From: an uncultured Clostridia bacterium
GTDB taxonomy: Bacteria > Bacillota > Clostridia > Oscillospirales > CAG-272
Assembly: GCA_944384525.1 (NCBI GenBank)
Contig: CALWTR010000046.1
Location: forward strand, 3,868-67,867
Direction: 5' to 3'
DNA length: 64,000 bases
The notes beneath the pieces were generated by a model, which made no database searches, was not told the origin of the DNA, and saw only the letters and a program-made list of their open reading frames with translations. Each line of letters opens with the position of its first letter. Position 1 is the first letter of the stretch. The translations under genes and the position numbers were made by a program. Of this stretch, positions 40,442 to 50,677 are shown piece after piece.

Positions 40442-41023
40442 TTGAATAACACAGAAGAAAAAGAAGAAAAGAATATAGATGAAGGGAACACTGCAGAGGC
40501 TAATGCGTGCCCTGTAGAGGAGCCGGAGCAGATGCCGGAGGCAGAACCGGAGACCCCGGACCCGGATCGCGCTTTGAAGGAGGCGGAAATAAGGATCGCC
40601 GAACTAGAGGCAAAGATAAAGGATTGCGAGGACAAATATCTGAGAATGGCGGCAGAGTACGATAACTTCAGACGCCGTTCACGCGAGGAGCGCGAGAGCG
40701 TATATCTGGACGCGGTAGCGGATGCGGTAAAGCCGCTGCTCCCGATAATCGACAATCTGGAGAGAGCGGCTCTTTACAAGGAGTCCGATAAACTTGCCGA
40801 GGGAATAGCGATCACGGCAAAGAGCGTAGACACGATGCTGGCAGAGCTCGGCATCGACAGGATAGGAAAGGTAGGCGAGAAGTTCGACCCGAACATTCAT
40901 AACGCAGTAATGCATATAGAAGATGACTCTCTCGGTGAGAGTACAGTCGCCGAGGTGTTCATGAAAGGATACCGCAAGGGCGACAAAATAATACGCTTCG
41001 CAATGGTCAAAGTCGCAAACTGA
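40442..41023 (+). CDS. grpE: nucleotide exchange factor GrpE
   Basis: 193 aa. TTG start after GGAGGG. Contains a YLRMAAEYDNFRRRSREE motif. Confidence 0.92.
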   Translation: MNNTEEKEEKNIDEGNTAEANACPVEEPEQMPEAEPETPDPDRALKEAEIRIAELEAKIKDCEDKYLRMAAEYDNFRRRSREERESVYLDAVADAVKPLLPIIDNLERAALYKESDKLAEGIAITAKSVDTMLAELGIDRIGKVGEKFDPNIHNAVMHIEDDSLGESTVAEVFMKGYRKGDKIIRFAMVKVAN

Positions 41024-41078
41024 GGCGGAGCTGCTTGATATTGTTATAAAATTCAACACATATAGATTCGGAGGATAA

Positions 41079-42926
<1,848 letters not shown>

Positions 42927-42939
42927 TACGTCAAATAAC

Positions 42940-42969
42940 AATGTCGCCAAACGATCGTTTGGCGACATT
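42940..42969 (+). other. perfect 30-nt palindrome / RNA hairpin between dnaK and dnaJ
   Basis: AATGTCGCCAAACGA|TCGTTTGGCGACATT. No T-run follows. Confidence 0.8.
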
Positions 42970-43030
42970 GCCATAAAAGCGCTGTGACCCGCCGTAGCGT
43001 GTCAGTCCAAATTCGGATCGAGGTATATGT

Positions 43031-44197
43031 ATGGCAGAAGAAAAAAGAGATTATTATGAGGTGCTCGGTGTAGCTAAAAACGCCAGTGAGGCGGAAATAA
43101 AAAAGGCATACCGTACACTTGCAAAGAAATATCATCCCGACATGAATCCGGGCGACAAAACGGCAGAGCAGAAGTTCAAGGAAGTCAACGAGGCTTACGA
43201 GGTCCTATCGGACGCCGATAAGCGTGCTAAATACGACAGTTACGGGCACGCGGCATTCGATCCCGGATTTGGTAGCGGAGGATTCAGCGGCGGCTCCGGA
43301 TTCGGCGCCGGTTCTGGATTTAGCGGATTTGAAGGGTTCGGCGGTGCCAATTTCGATTTCGGAGATATATTCTCTTCCTTTTTCGGCGGCGGCAGTTCGT
43401 CGGCCCGCAGCGGCGCAGTCGACGGTGACGACATACTTGTCAGAGTTACCCTTTCTTTTGAGGAGGCGGTGTTCGGCTGTAAAAAGGAAATATCTTTCAA
43501 CAGGATAGAAGCGTGCCATGATTGCGGAGGAAGCGGTGCGGCTAAGGGCAGCAGCCCGGAAACTTGTTCCGTCTGCCGCGGTACCGGGCGCGTCACTGTA
43601 AAACAACAGACCATGCTCGGGTTCATGCAGACTCAGAAGGCGTGCTCAGCTTGCCGCGGTACCGGAAAGATAATAAAAAATCCATGCAGCAACTGTAAGG
43701 GTAAAGGATATGTCAAGATAACTAAAAAGCTTGATGTGACCATACCTGCCGGTATCGACAATGGGCAGCGCATAGTGCTCCGTTCTCAAGGTTCAGTAGG
43801 AATGCGCGGCGGAGTTTCCGGCGACCTTATAATAGAGATCACTGTAAAGCCGCACAGCCTGTTTGTCCGTGAGGGCAGGAATGTGTACTGTGAGATCCCG
43901 GTATCATTTTCGGAGGCTGCGCTCGGAGCTGAGATCGATGTTCCGATGCTTGACGGCAGCACTGAGAAATATACTATCCCGGAGGGAACGCAGACCGGAA
44001 CTCGGTTCACAATGAGAAATAAGGGCGTTGCAGATCCCAGTACAAAACGCCGGGGCGATCTGATATTCACCGTAACGGTGGAGACACCTCAGAGTTTGAA
44101 CGCACAGCAGAAAAAGCTCCTTCAGGATTTTGCACATTCATTGGGCGAGATGAATAATAAAAAGCGCCAGAGCTTTTTCAAAAAAATATTCAAATAA
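43031..44197 (+). CDS. dnaJ: molecular chaperone DnaJ
   Basis: 388 aa. J domain (YYEVLGV...HPD), a G/F-rich region and four CxxCxGxG zinc-finger repeats. Confidence 0.96.
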   Translation: MAEEKRDYYEVLGVAKNASEAEIKKAYRTLAKKYHPDMNPGDKTAEQKFKEVNEAYEVLSDADKRAKYDSYGHAAFDPGFGSGGFSGGSGFGAGSGFSGFEGFGGANFDFGDIFSSFFGGGSSSARSGAVDGDDILVRVTLSFEEAVFGCKKEISFNRIEACHDCGGSGAAKGSSPETCSVCRGTGRVTVKQQTMLGFMQTQKACSACRGTGKIIKNPCSNCKGKGYVKITKKLDVTIPAGIDNGQRIVLRSQGSVGMRGGVSGDLIIEITVKPHSLFVREGRNVYCEIPVSFSEAALGAEIDVPMLDGSTEKYTIPEGTQTGTRFTMRNKGVADPSTKRRGDLIFTVTVETPQSLNAQQKKLLQDFAHSLGEMNNKKRQSFFKKIFK

Positions 44198-44269
44198 GTC
44201 TGCTTAGATTTATAATGCTCTGTTTGGGATGAAATTTGAGAAATGATCATATGCGATCATAAAATAAAA

Positions 44270-44300
44270 GCGCAGGCCTTTTATAGGTCTGCGCTTTTTG
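44270..44300 (+). terminator. rho-independent terminator of the dnaK operon
   Basis: 9-bp stem GCGCAGGCC / GGTCTGCGC (one G-U pair) followed by TTTTT. Confidence 0.8.
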
Positions 44301-44332
44301 TCGGAGCGGGAAAGGTATACAAGCAGGATTTG

Positions 44333-45331
44333 TCAACTATTATTTGCATTATAGTGATCAAGAAATTCATAAAAGGCGTTTTGTACATCCGCCTGAGTTG
44401 ATGCGGTATTTATTTTTGCGCGAAGTGCGCCTGAACCGCGGATCCCTTTTACATAGAGCGCTAGCTGCTTCCGCGATTCGGAGACCGCGATGCGTTCCCC
44501 TTTTTCCTCTATTGCGGCGGAGAGCTGGAGCAGTGCGACGGATATCCGCTCCTCTACCGTAGGAGGGATGAAGGCAACGCCGTCGAGAAAGGCGGCGATT
44601 TCCCGGAAAATAAACGGATTTCCGACCGCGCCTCTTGCTATCATTACGCCGTCGGCTCCCGTCCTTGATAAAAGCGAGAGCGCATCTGAGGGAGAATTTA
44701 TATCCCCGTTTGCGATCACCGGGATCTTCACTGAGTCACAAACCCGCTTTATCTGCGTGGCGTCGACTTCACCTGAATACATTTGAGCTCGGGTCCTTCC
44801 GTGTACACATATGAGGGAGGCTCCTCCGGCCTCCGCCGCCATCGCCGCCTCGGGGGCGTTCAGATGTCCGCTGTCAAATCCGATCCGCAATTTGACGGTG
44901 ACCGGCAGAGGTATCGCTTCGGTGACCGCGCGCACTATCTTTTCTATCAGGGGCGGATCTTTCATAAGGGCGGATCCCTCGCCGTTGTTAACTATTTTCG
45001 GGACCGGACAGCCCATATTGATATCGACGGCAACAGGCATCGCGCCGCGGCCCGAAGCTGCACGCTCGAGGAGGATTTGTGCGGCGCGGGCAATTATATC
45101 CGGTTCTCTTCCGAACAGCTGTATTGCGGCCGGAGTCTCTTCTGCGCCCAGCTCCGCGAGGGGGAAAGTCTTTTTGTCCATGAAGCAGACCGCCTTGGCG
45201 GATACCATTTCCGTGACCGTGTATTCTGCTCCCCATTCCCGGCATATTTGCCTCATTGCCTTATCGCTGTACCCGGCCATCGGACCCAGCATCAGGCCGT
45301 GACTCAGTGTGTGGGATCCTATCTTTATCAT
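44333..45331 (-). CDS. dus: tRNA-dihydrouridine synthase (DusB-like)
   Basis: The start at 45331 (MIKIGSHTL...LGPMAGYSD, CGGAGGATT upstream) is preferred. Contains a DINMGCPVPKIV motif. The ORF-track start at 45550 would overlap nrdD and its terminator. Confidence 0.9.
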   Translation of the reverse strand: MIKIGSHTLSHGLMLGPMAGYSDKAMRQICREWGAEYTVTEMVSAKAVCFMDKKTFPLAELGAEETPAAIQLFGREPDIIARAAQILLERAASGRGAMPVAVDINMGCPVPKIVNNGEGSALMKDPPLIEKIVRAVTEAIPLPVTVKLRIGFDSGHLNAPEAAMAAEAGGASLICVHGRTRAQMYSGEVDATQIKRVCDSVKIPVIANGDINSPSDALSLLSRTGADGVMIARGAVGNPFIFREIAAFLDGVAFIPPTVEERISVALLQLSAAIEEKGERIAVSESRKQLALYVKGIRGSGALRAKINTASTQADVQNAFYEFLDHYNANNS

Positions 45332-45340
45332 AATCCTCCG

Positions 45341-45375
45341 TAAAAAGTCCGGCGACGCATCTCGCCTCGCCGGAC
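45341..45375 (-). terminator. rho-independent terminator of nrdD
   Basis: 9-bp stem GTCCGGCGA (45347-45355) / TCGCCGGAC (45367-45375). On the minus strand it is followed by TTTTTA. Confidence 0.75.
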
Positions 45376-45414
45376 TCTGTTGTTTTATTTTAGGACTGCG
45401 ACGATAAGATATGC

Positions 45415-47595
45415 TCAGAGATGCAGGACACGGTCTCTGATCTCCTGTGTGCGTCCTTGGTTCCAGAACTGCGTACCGATATATCCGCAGGTGCGTCTTG
45501 CGACGTTCATCTTGTTCTGGTCGTGGTTGCCGCAGTTGGGGCATACCCAAATCAGTTTTCCGTCCTCGTCCGCCTCGATCTGGATCTCTCCGTCATAGCC
45601 GCACACCTGGCAGAAATCCGATTTTGTATTGAGCTCCGCGTACATGATATGATCGTAAATGAATTTCATCACGTTCATTACCGCCTCGATGTTGCCCTGC
45701 ATATTGGGGACTTCGACATAGGATATCGCTCCTCCTGGCGAGAGCGCCTGGAATTTGCTCTCCACTTCAAGCTTCTTGAAGGCGTCTATCGGTTCGGTCA
45801 CATGTATATGATAGCTGTTGGTGATATAGTTCTTGTCGGTAACTCCGGGTATGATACCGAAGCGTTTCTGCAGGCTCTTTGCAAATTTATAGGTGGTTGA
45901 TTCAAGCGGGGTGCCGTATATTGAGTAATCGATATTTTCCTCCGCCTTCCATTTTGCACATGCCTCGTTGAGTTTCTTCATGATCTCAAGCCCGAGCTTT
46001 TCTCCCTCCGGCTCGGTGAGCTTCTTTCCGTTCAGCTCATAGACACACTCCCATAGCCCCGCGTATCCGAGAGAGATGGTGGAATATCCGCCGTGGAGAA
46101 GTTTATCTATTTTTTCGCCTTTTTTCAGTCTGGCGAGCGCACCGTACTGCCAAAGTATCGGCGCAGCATCCGAAAGCGTTCCCTCGAGACGTTTGTGCCT
46201 TGCCTGGAGCGCGCGGTGGCAGAGCTCAAGCCGCTCGTCAAGTACTGACCAGAACGTGTCGATATTGCCGCGGCCGGCGGTGCAGGCTACATCCACGAGA
46301 TTGATCGTAACGACGCCCTGATTGAATCTGCCATAATACTTCGGCTTGCCGTTTTCATCTACATACGGAGTCAGGAATGAGCGGCATCCCATGCAGGTGT
46401 AGCACTGTCCGTTGCCGTTTTTGTCGATCTTGTTCTGGAGCATGATCTTTTCGCTGATGTAGTCAGGGACCATGCGCTTTGCGGTGCACTTCGCGGCAAG
46501 CTTCGTAAGGTAGTAATATTTGGAATCCTCGTGGATATTGTCTTCTTCGAGCACATATATGAGCTTCGGGAAAGCGGGAGTGATCCAAACACCGGCCTCA
46601 TTTTTTACTCCCTGATATCTTTGGAGCAAGGTTTCCTCTATGATGATCGCAAGATCGTTTTTCTCCTGCTGGCTCCTCGCCTCGTTGAGATACATGAACA
46701 CGGTGACGAAGGGAGCCTGACCGTTTGTTGTCAGAAGAGTTACGACCTGGTACTGTATCATCTGCACGCCCTTGCGTATTTCTTCGCGGAGCCGCTTCTC
46801 GGTTATTCTCTCTACGGCGCTTTCTTCCGCAGTGCCGCAGGCGTCTATGAGTTCTTCACGGACCGAGGCGCGTATCTTTTTCCTGCTGACTTCAACGAAA
46901 GGTGCAAGGTGAGTCAAACTTATCGACTGTCCGCCGTACTGATTGGAAGCGACCTGCGCGATTATTTGCGTTGCAATGTTGCAGGCGGTCGAAAAGCTGT
47001 GCGGCTTTTCGATCATGGTTCCGCTTATGACCGTTCCGTTCTGGAGCATGTCCTCAAGATTGACGAGGTCGCAGTTGTGCATATGCTGTGCGAAATAGTC
47101 CGCGTCGTGGAAGTGGATTATACCCTGTTCGTGAGCCTCAACGATATCCTGAGGGAGCAGGAGACGCTTTGTGATGTCTTTTGAGACCTCACCGGCCATA
47201 TAATCTCTCTGAACGCTGTTTACAGTCGGGTTCTTATTAGAGTTTTCCTGTTTTATCTCTTCGTTGTTGCACTCTATAAGATTGATTATCTGTTCGTCTG
47301 TCGTGTTAGATTTTCTTACGAGAGCTCTTTTGTAGCGGTAGGTTATATAATTTTTTGCAACTTCGTACGCATCCTGCTCCATTATCCCGCGCTCTACGAG
47401 GTCCTGTATCTCCTCGACCCCGAGAGCCCTGTTAACAGAGGCGCATTTATCTGCGACCTTACGCGAGATCTCGTCTATCTGCTTGTCGGAGAGGCGAAGA
47501 TTTTCGTCTACCGTTTCATTGGCCTTTGCGATAGCCGCGGAGATCTTTGTTATATCGAATGGGACCTCGGAACCTGATCGCTTGATGATTTTCAT
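45415..47595 (-). CDS. nrdD: anaerobic ribonucleoside-triphosphate reductase (class III)
   Basis: 726 aa. N-terminal ATP-cone, a C-terminal Zn-ribbon (CQVCG...CPNCG) and the glycyl-radical motif RRTCGYIG. Confidence 0.95.
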   Translation of the reverse strand: MKIIKRSGSEVPFDITKISAAIAKANETVDENLRLSDKQIDEISRKVADKCASVNRALGVEEIQDLVERGIMEQDAYEVAKNYITYRYKRALVRKSNTTDEQIINLIECNNEEIKQENSNKNPTVNSVQRDYMAGEVSKDITKRLLLPQDIVEAHEQGIIHFHDADYFAQHMHNCDLVNLEDMLQNGTVISGTMIEKPHSFSTACNIATQIIAQVASNQYGGQSISLTHLAPFVEVSRKKIRASVREELIDACGTAEESAVERITEKRLREEIRKGVQMIQYQVVTLLTTNGQAPFVTVFMYLNEARSQQEKNDLAIIIEETLLQRYQGVKNEAGVWITPAFPKLIYVLEEDNIHEDSKYYYLTKLAAKCTAKRMVPDYISEKIMLQNKIDKNGNGQCYTCMGCRSFLTPYVDENGKPKYYGRFNQGVVTINLVDVACTAGRGNIDTFWSVLDERLELCHRALQARHKRLEGTLSDAAPILWQYGALARLKKGEKIDKLLHGGYSTISLGYAGLWECVYELNGKKLTEPEGEKLGLEIMKKLNEACAKWKAEENIDYSIYGTPLESTTYKFAKSLQKRFGIIPGVTDKNYITNSYHIHVTEPIDAFKKLEVESKFQALSPGGAISYVEVPNMQGNIEAVMNVMKFIYDHIMYAELNTKSDFCQVCGYDGEIQIEADEDGKLIWVCPNCGNHDQNKMNVARRTCGYIGTQFWNQGRTQEIRDRVLHL

Positions 47596-47652
47596 TGTGT
47601 TTCCTCCTTGAAATGCCGTGAACGAGCGCGACCTGAATTTTCGTGTGCATAT

Positions 47653-47680
47653 ATTATACCATATATTGTGTTTTTGTCAA
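47653..47680 (-). promoter_or_regulatory. consensus sigma-A promoter of nrdD (TTGACA-16-TATAAT)
   Basis: Minus-strand -35 at 47675-47680 and -10 at 47653-47658. Confidence 0.7.
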
Positions 47681-47703
47681 GGGGCAAATACTATATATTG
47701 TTG
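47656..47703. promoter_or_regulatory. two NrdR-box-like 16-mers, 32 bp centre to centre
   Basis: ATACCATATATTGTGT (47656-47671) matches the acaCwAtATaTwGtgt consensus at 14/16 positions. ATACTATATATTGTTG (47688-47703) matches at 13/16. Box 1 overlaps the -10 element. Confidence 0.7.
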
Positions 47704-47956
47704 TTTTCGGCATTTTCGGCTTAATGTACAAAACAGCTGTTTGAGGGAAATTTGTCCAAAACAAAACTCTTTTTTTGGGCAATATGTACCTTGAAAAAAA
47801 TCATTTCAAAATAATACGCGGCAGAAATTTGATATATTGTACAATTTTTCGTCAGGTTTTTTCTATGTTGTACAAACAGAAAAAATTTTAGTTGCCCTTT
47901 GATCGTCGGCGGACGTCAAAATCACCAAAATCCCCGTCGGCCGGGGACACGGTCTA

Positions 47957-47985
47957 TTGACAAAAACAGAGCTGTATATTATACT
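47957..47985 (+). promoter_or_regulatory. candidate sigma-A promoter of feoA (TTGACA-17-TATACT)
   Basis: -35 at 47957-47962 and -10 at 47980-47985, about 70 nt upstream of feoA. Confidence 0.6.
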
Positions 47986-48055
47986 TATATTATCAAAATA
48001 AATGTAGGAATTATTCGGCATACGACAAGGTTGCTGTGCTGGACTCGGAGGGGAT

Positions 48056-48292
48056 ATGACTCTTGATAAGCTTGCAATAGGCAAAAGCGGAACGATAACA
48101 GCGGTCGGCGGAGAGGGCGCACTGCGGCTCCGGCTCCTGGATATGGGGATAATACCGAGGACCCGAGTCAGCGTTATAAAACGCGCTCCGCTCGGAGATC
48201 CGATAGAGATACAGATAAGAGGCTATGAACTCACGATAAGGCTTGATGACGCGTCTAAAATAGAGGTCGTGCCGGATACCGATGCCGTTTGA
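48056..48292 (+). CDS. feoA: ferrous iron transport protein A
   Basis: 78 aa SH3-like FeoA (GKSGTITAV...RLLDMGIIPRTRVSV). GGAGGGG RBS. Confidence 0.9.
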   Translation: MTLDKLAIGKSGTITAVGGEGALRLRLLDMGIIPRTRVSVIKRAPLGDPIEIQIRGYELTIRLDDASKIEVVPDTDAV

Positions 48293-48351
48293 GATATCGC
48301 GCGGAGGTTTGCAGGTCTATAATCAACTTTAACGGCACGGAAGGAAAAACA

Positions 48352-50343
48352 ATGATATTTGCTTTGATAGGCAACCAGAATTGCGGGAAAACTACTCTGT
48401 TCAATCAGCTCACCGGCTCTAATCAGCATGTCGGAAATTTTCCGGGAGTTACTGTGGACCAGAAGGTCGGGCAGGTCAGGTCGGTGAAAAATTGCTCTGT
48501 CGTAGATCTGCCGGGAATATATTCTCTGCGGCCTTATACAAATGAAGAGATAGTTACCCGGGATTTTCTTGTGAACGAAAAGCCGGACGGTATAATAAAC
48601 ATCGCGGACGCGACAAATATAGAGAGGAACCTGTATCTGACTCTGCAGCTGCTGGAAATGGATATACCTATGGTCCTCGCGCTGAATATGATGGACGAGG
48701 TCCGCGGAAACGGCGGCACTATAGATGTATCCGGGATGTCCGAGAGCCTCGGGATCCCTGTAGTGCCGATAAGTGCGGCTAAGAACGAAGGAGTCGATGA
48801 GTTGATAGATGCGGCCGTTTCGGTCGCCTCAAACAAGATCCAACCGCGCCGTACGGACTTTTGTTCAGGCGCCGTTCACCGCTGTATACATGCGGTATCT
48901 CACCTTATAGAGGATCATGCTCGAAATATAGGCGTATCCCCGAGATTTGCGGCTACAAAGCTGATAGAGGGGGATTCGGATATAGTGAGTCGGCTGCTTC
49001 TGAGCGAAAACGAGCTCGAGACCGTGGAGCACACGGTCATAGAAATGGAGCGCGAGTGCGGGATGGACAGAAACGCCGCCATGGCGGATATGAGATATGC
49101 CTTTATCGAAGGTGTGGCTGCAAAGAACGTTGTGAAATGCCATGAAAGCCGCGAACACATAAGGAGCGTAAAGATAGACGAGGTGCTGACTAATAAATAC
49201 CTTGCCATACCGATGTTCTTGCTTGCGATGGTTACGATATTCACACTGACATTTGCGGTAATAGGCAAATTTTTTCAGGATCTGCTGGAATTGGGGATAG
49301 ACGCACTTGGAGGAGCGGTGGATTCAGCTCTGACAAATTACGGCATCAATCCGGTCGTCCACAGCCTGATAATAGACGGTGTTTTCGAGGGCATTGGGAG
49401 CGTTGTATCCTTTGTCCCGATAATCGTAGTTCTGTTTTTCTTCCTGTCTATACTTGAGGACACCGGATATATGGCGAGGGTCGCATTCGTTATGGATAAG
49501 CTGCTCAGAAAAATAGGGTTGAGCGGCCGCTCTTTTGTCCCGATGCTGATCGGATTCGGCTGTACCGTTCCGGCGGTCATGAGCACAAGGACTTTGTCGT
49601 CGGAAAGGGACAGAAGGATGACCATAATGCTCACCCCGTATATGAGCTGTTCCGCAAAGATACCGATATATCTGTTTTTCAGCGACGCATTTTTCGAGAA
49701 CGTATGGGGAAAAATACTCTCGGTAACTCTTCTTTATTTCGGAGGTATGTTCGTCGGAGTTCTTATAGCTCTGCTACTCAAGGCAACGGCGTTCCGCGGG
49801 AATCCCGTACCGTTTGTTATGGAGCTGCCGAATTACCGTCTGCCGTTCGGAAAAAGCGTTTTCATGCTCATGTGGGATAAGGCAAAGGACTTTTTGCAGA
49901 GAGCATTTACGGTGATCTTTCTCGCCACCGTGATAATATGGTTCTTGCAGTCCTTTGACACAAGACTGATGTTCATAACGGATAGTTCTGAGAGCCTTAT
50001 GGCAAAGCTGGGCGGCCTGATTGCGCCGATATTTCTTCCTCTCGGCTTTGGAAATTGGCAGTCGGCGACCGCGCTGATCTCCGGATTCACCGCGAAGGAG
50101 GCTGTGGTCAGTACATTGAATCTCCTTACATCCGACCCTCATGAAATATTTACCGGGCTTGCGTCCGTGGTTTCGTTCCTGACTTTTACACTGCTTTATA
50201 CTCCGTGTGTAGCCGCTACCGCTACGATAACGCGTGAGCTCGGTTCAAAGCGGCGCGGAGCCTGTGTTGTCCTGCTGCAATGCGCGGTAGCATGGGTCGC
50301 GGCGTTTGTCGTTTACAATATAGCAAGGCTGTTTGGAGCATGA
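48352..50343 (+). CDS. feoB: ferrous iron transport protein B
   Basis: The start at 48352 (MIFALIGNQNCGKTTLFNQLTG, GGAAGGA upstream) is preferred over 48289. N-terminal G domain plus a polytopic membrane domain. Confidence 0.95.
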   Translation: MIFALIGNQNCGKTTLFNQLTGSNQHVGNFPGVTVDQKVGQVRSVKNCSVVDLPGIYSLRPYTNEEIVTRDFLVNEKPDGIINIADATNIERNLYLTLQLLEMDIPMVLALNMMDEVRGNGGTIDVSGMSESLGIPVVPISAAKNEGVDELIDAAVSVASNKIQPRRTDFCSGAVHRCIHAVSHLIEDHARNIGVSPRFAATKLIEGDSDIVSRLLLSENELETVEHTVIEMERECGMDRNAAMADMRYAFIEGVAAKNVVKCHESREHIRSVKIDEVLTNKYLAIPMFLLAMVTIFTLTFAVIGKFFQDLLELGIDALGGAVDSALTNYGINPVVHSLIIDGVFEGIGSVVSFVPIIVVLFFFLSILEDTGYMARVAFVMDKLLRKIGLSGRSFVPMLIGFGCTVPAVMSTRTLSSERDRRMTIMLTPYMSCSAKIPIYLFFSDAFFENVWGKILSVTLLYFGGMFVGVLIALLLKATAFRGNPVPFVMELPNYRLPFGKSVFMLMWDKAKDFLQRAFTVIFLATVIIWFLQSFDTRLMFITDSSESLMAKLGGLIAPIFLPLGFGNWQSATALISGFTAKEAVVSTLNLLTSDPHEIFTGLASVVSFLTFTLLYTPCVAATATITRELGSKRRGACVVLLQCAVAWVAAFVVYNIARLFGA

Positions 50344-50490
50344 TCTGACTACTATAATTTACATAAATCAATTTCAATATTCATGATTCGATCTTCGGTT
50401 ATTGCAACGGAGTGAATAATGGTTTCGTATGAAATTTTTTAAAGAGCAAAACTTAGCTGCGCTTAAGAGCGGCAGAGGGCCGGTACAAAA

Positions 50491-50664
50491 ATGGGATTGT
50501 ACGATTATATTTTGATAGCGGTGCTCGCTGTCTGGGCGGCGGTGAGCATTGCGTTCATCGTCAGGAGACGCGCCTGCGGTTGCTGCGGCTGCAATTCCTG
50601 CGACAGCTGCCGCAGATGCCGGAGCAGAGGTAAAATGGATAAAAAAGACAAGGATCGGCGATGA
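50491..50664 (+). CDS. FeoB-associated Cys-rich membrane protein (57 aa, absent from ORF track)
   Basis: Hand translation gives MGLYDYILIAVLAVWAAVSIAFIVRRRACGCCGCNSCDSCRRCRSRGKMDKKDKDRR*. It has one TM helix and then a Cys cluster. The position just after feoB matches that small-protein family. Confidence 0.7.
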   Translation: MGLYDYILIAVLAVWAAVSIAFIVRRRACGCCGCNSCDSCRRCRSRGKMDKKDKDRR

Positions 50665-50677
50665 CTGAGGTGCTTTT

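Noticed and set aside
45332-45550. N-terminal 73-residue extension of the dus ORF (ORF-track start 45550).
   Set aside because: The extension overlaps the 3' end of nrdD and its terminator hairpin and is Arg/Pro-rich nonsense. The Dus homology starts at MIKIGSHTL, with a GGAGG RBS at 45331. Similar extensions were trimmed for hrcA (39261), alaS (24315), nagA (19211), feoB (48289), mgtC (53635), trxA (34032), the FTR-like gene (33772), dnaA (14279), spoVAC, spoVAD and the 28962 lipoprotein.
47975-48000. Possible Fur box at the feoA promoter.
   Set aside because: Only one ATTATCA half-site (47989-47995) is present. The partner half of the 7-1-7 TGATAATnATTATCA motif is not recognisable.
47863-48084. 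73-aa minus-strand ORF in the nrdD-feoA spacer.
   Set aside because: It overlaps the feoA promoter and start codon, has no RBS and no recognisable features. The region is better explained as regulatory DNA.
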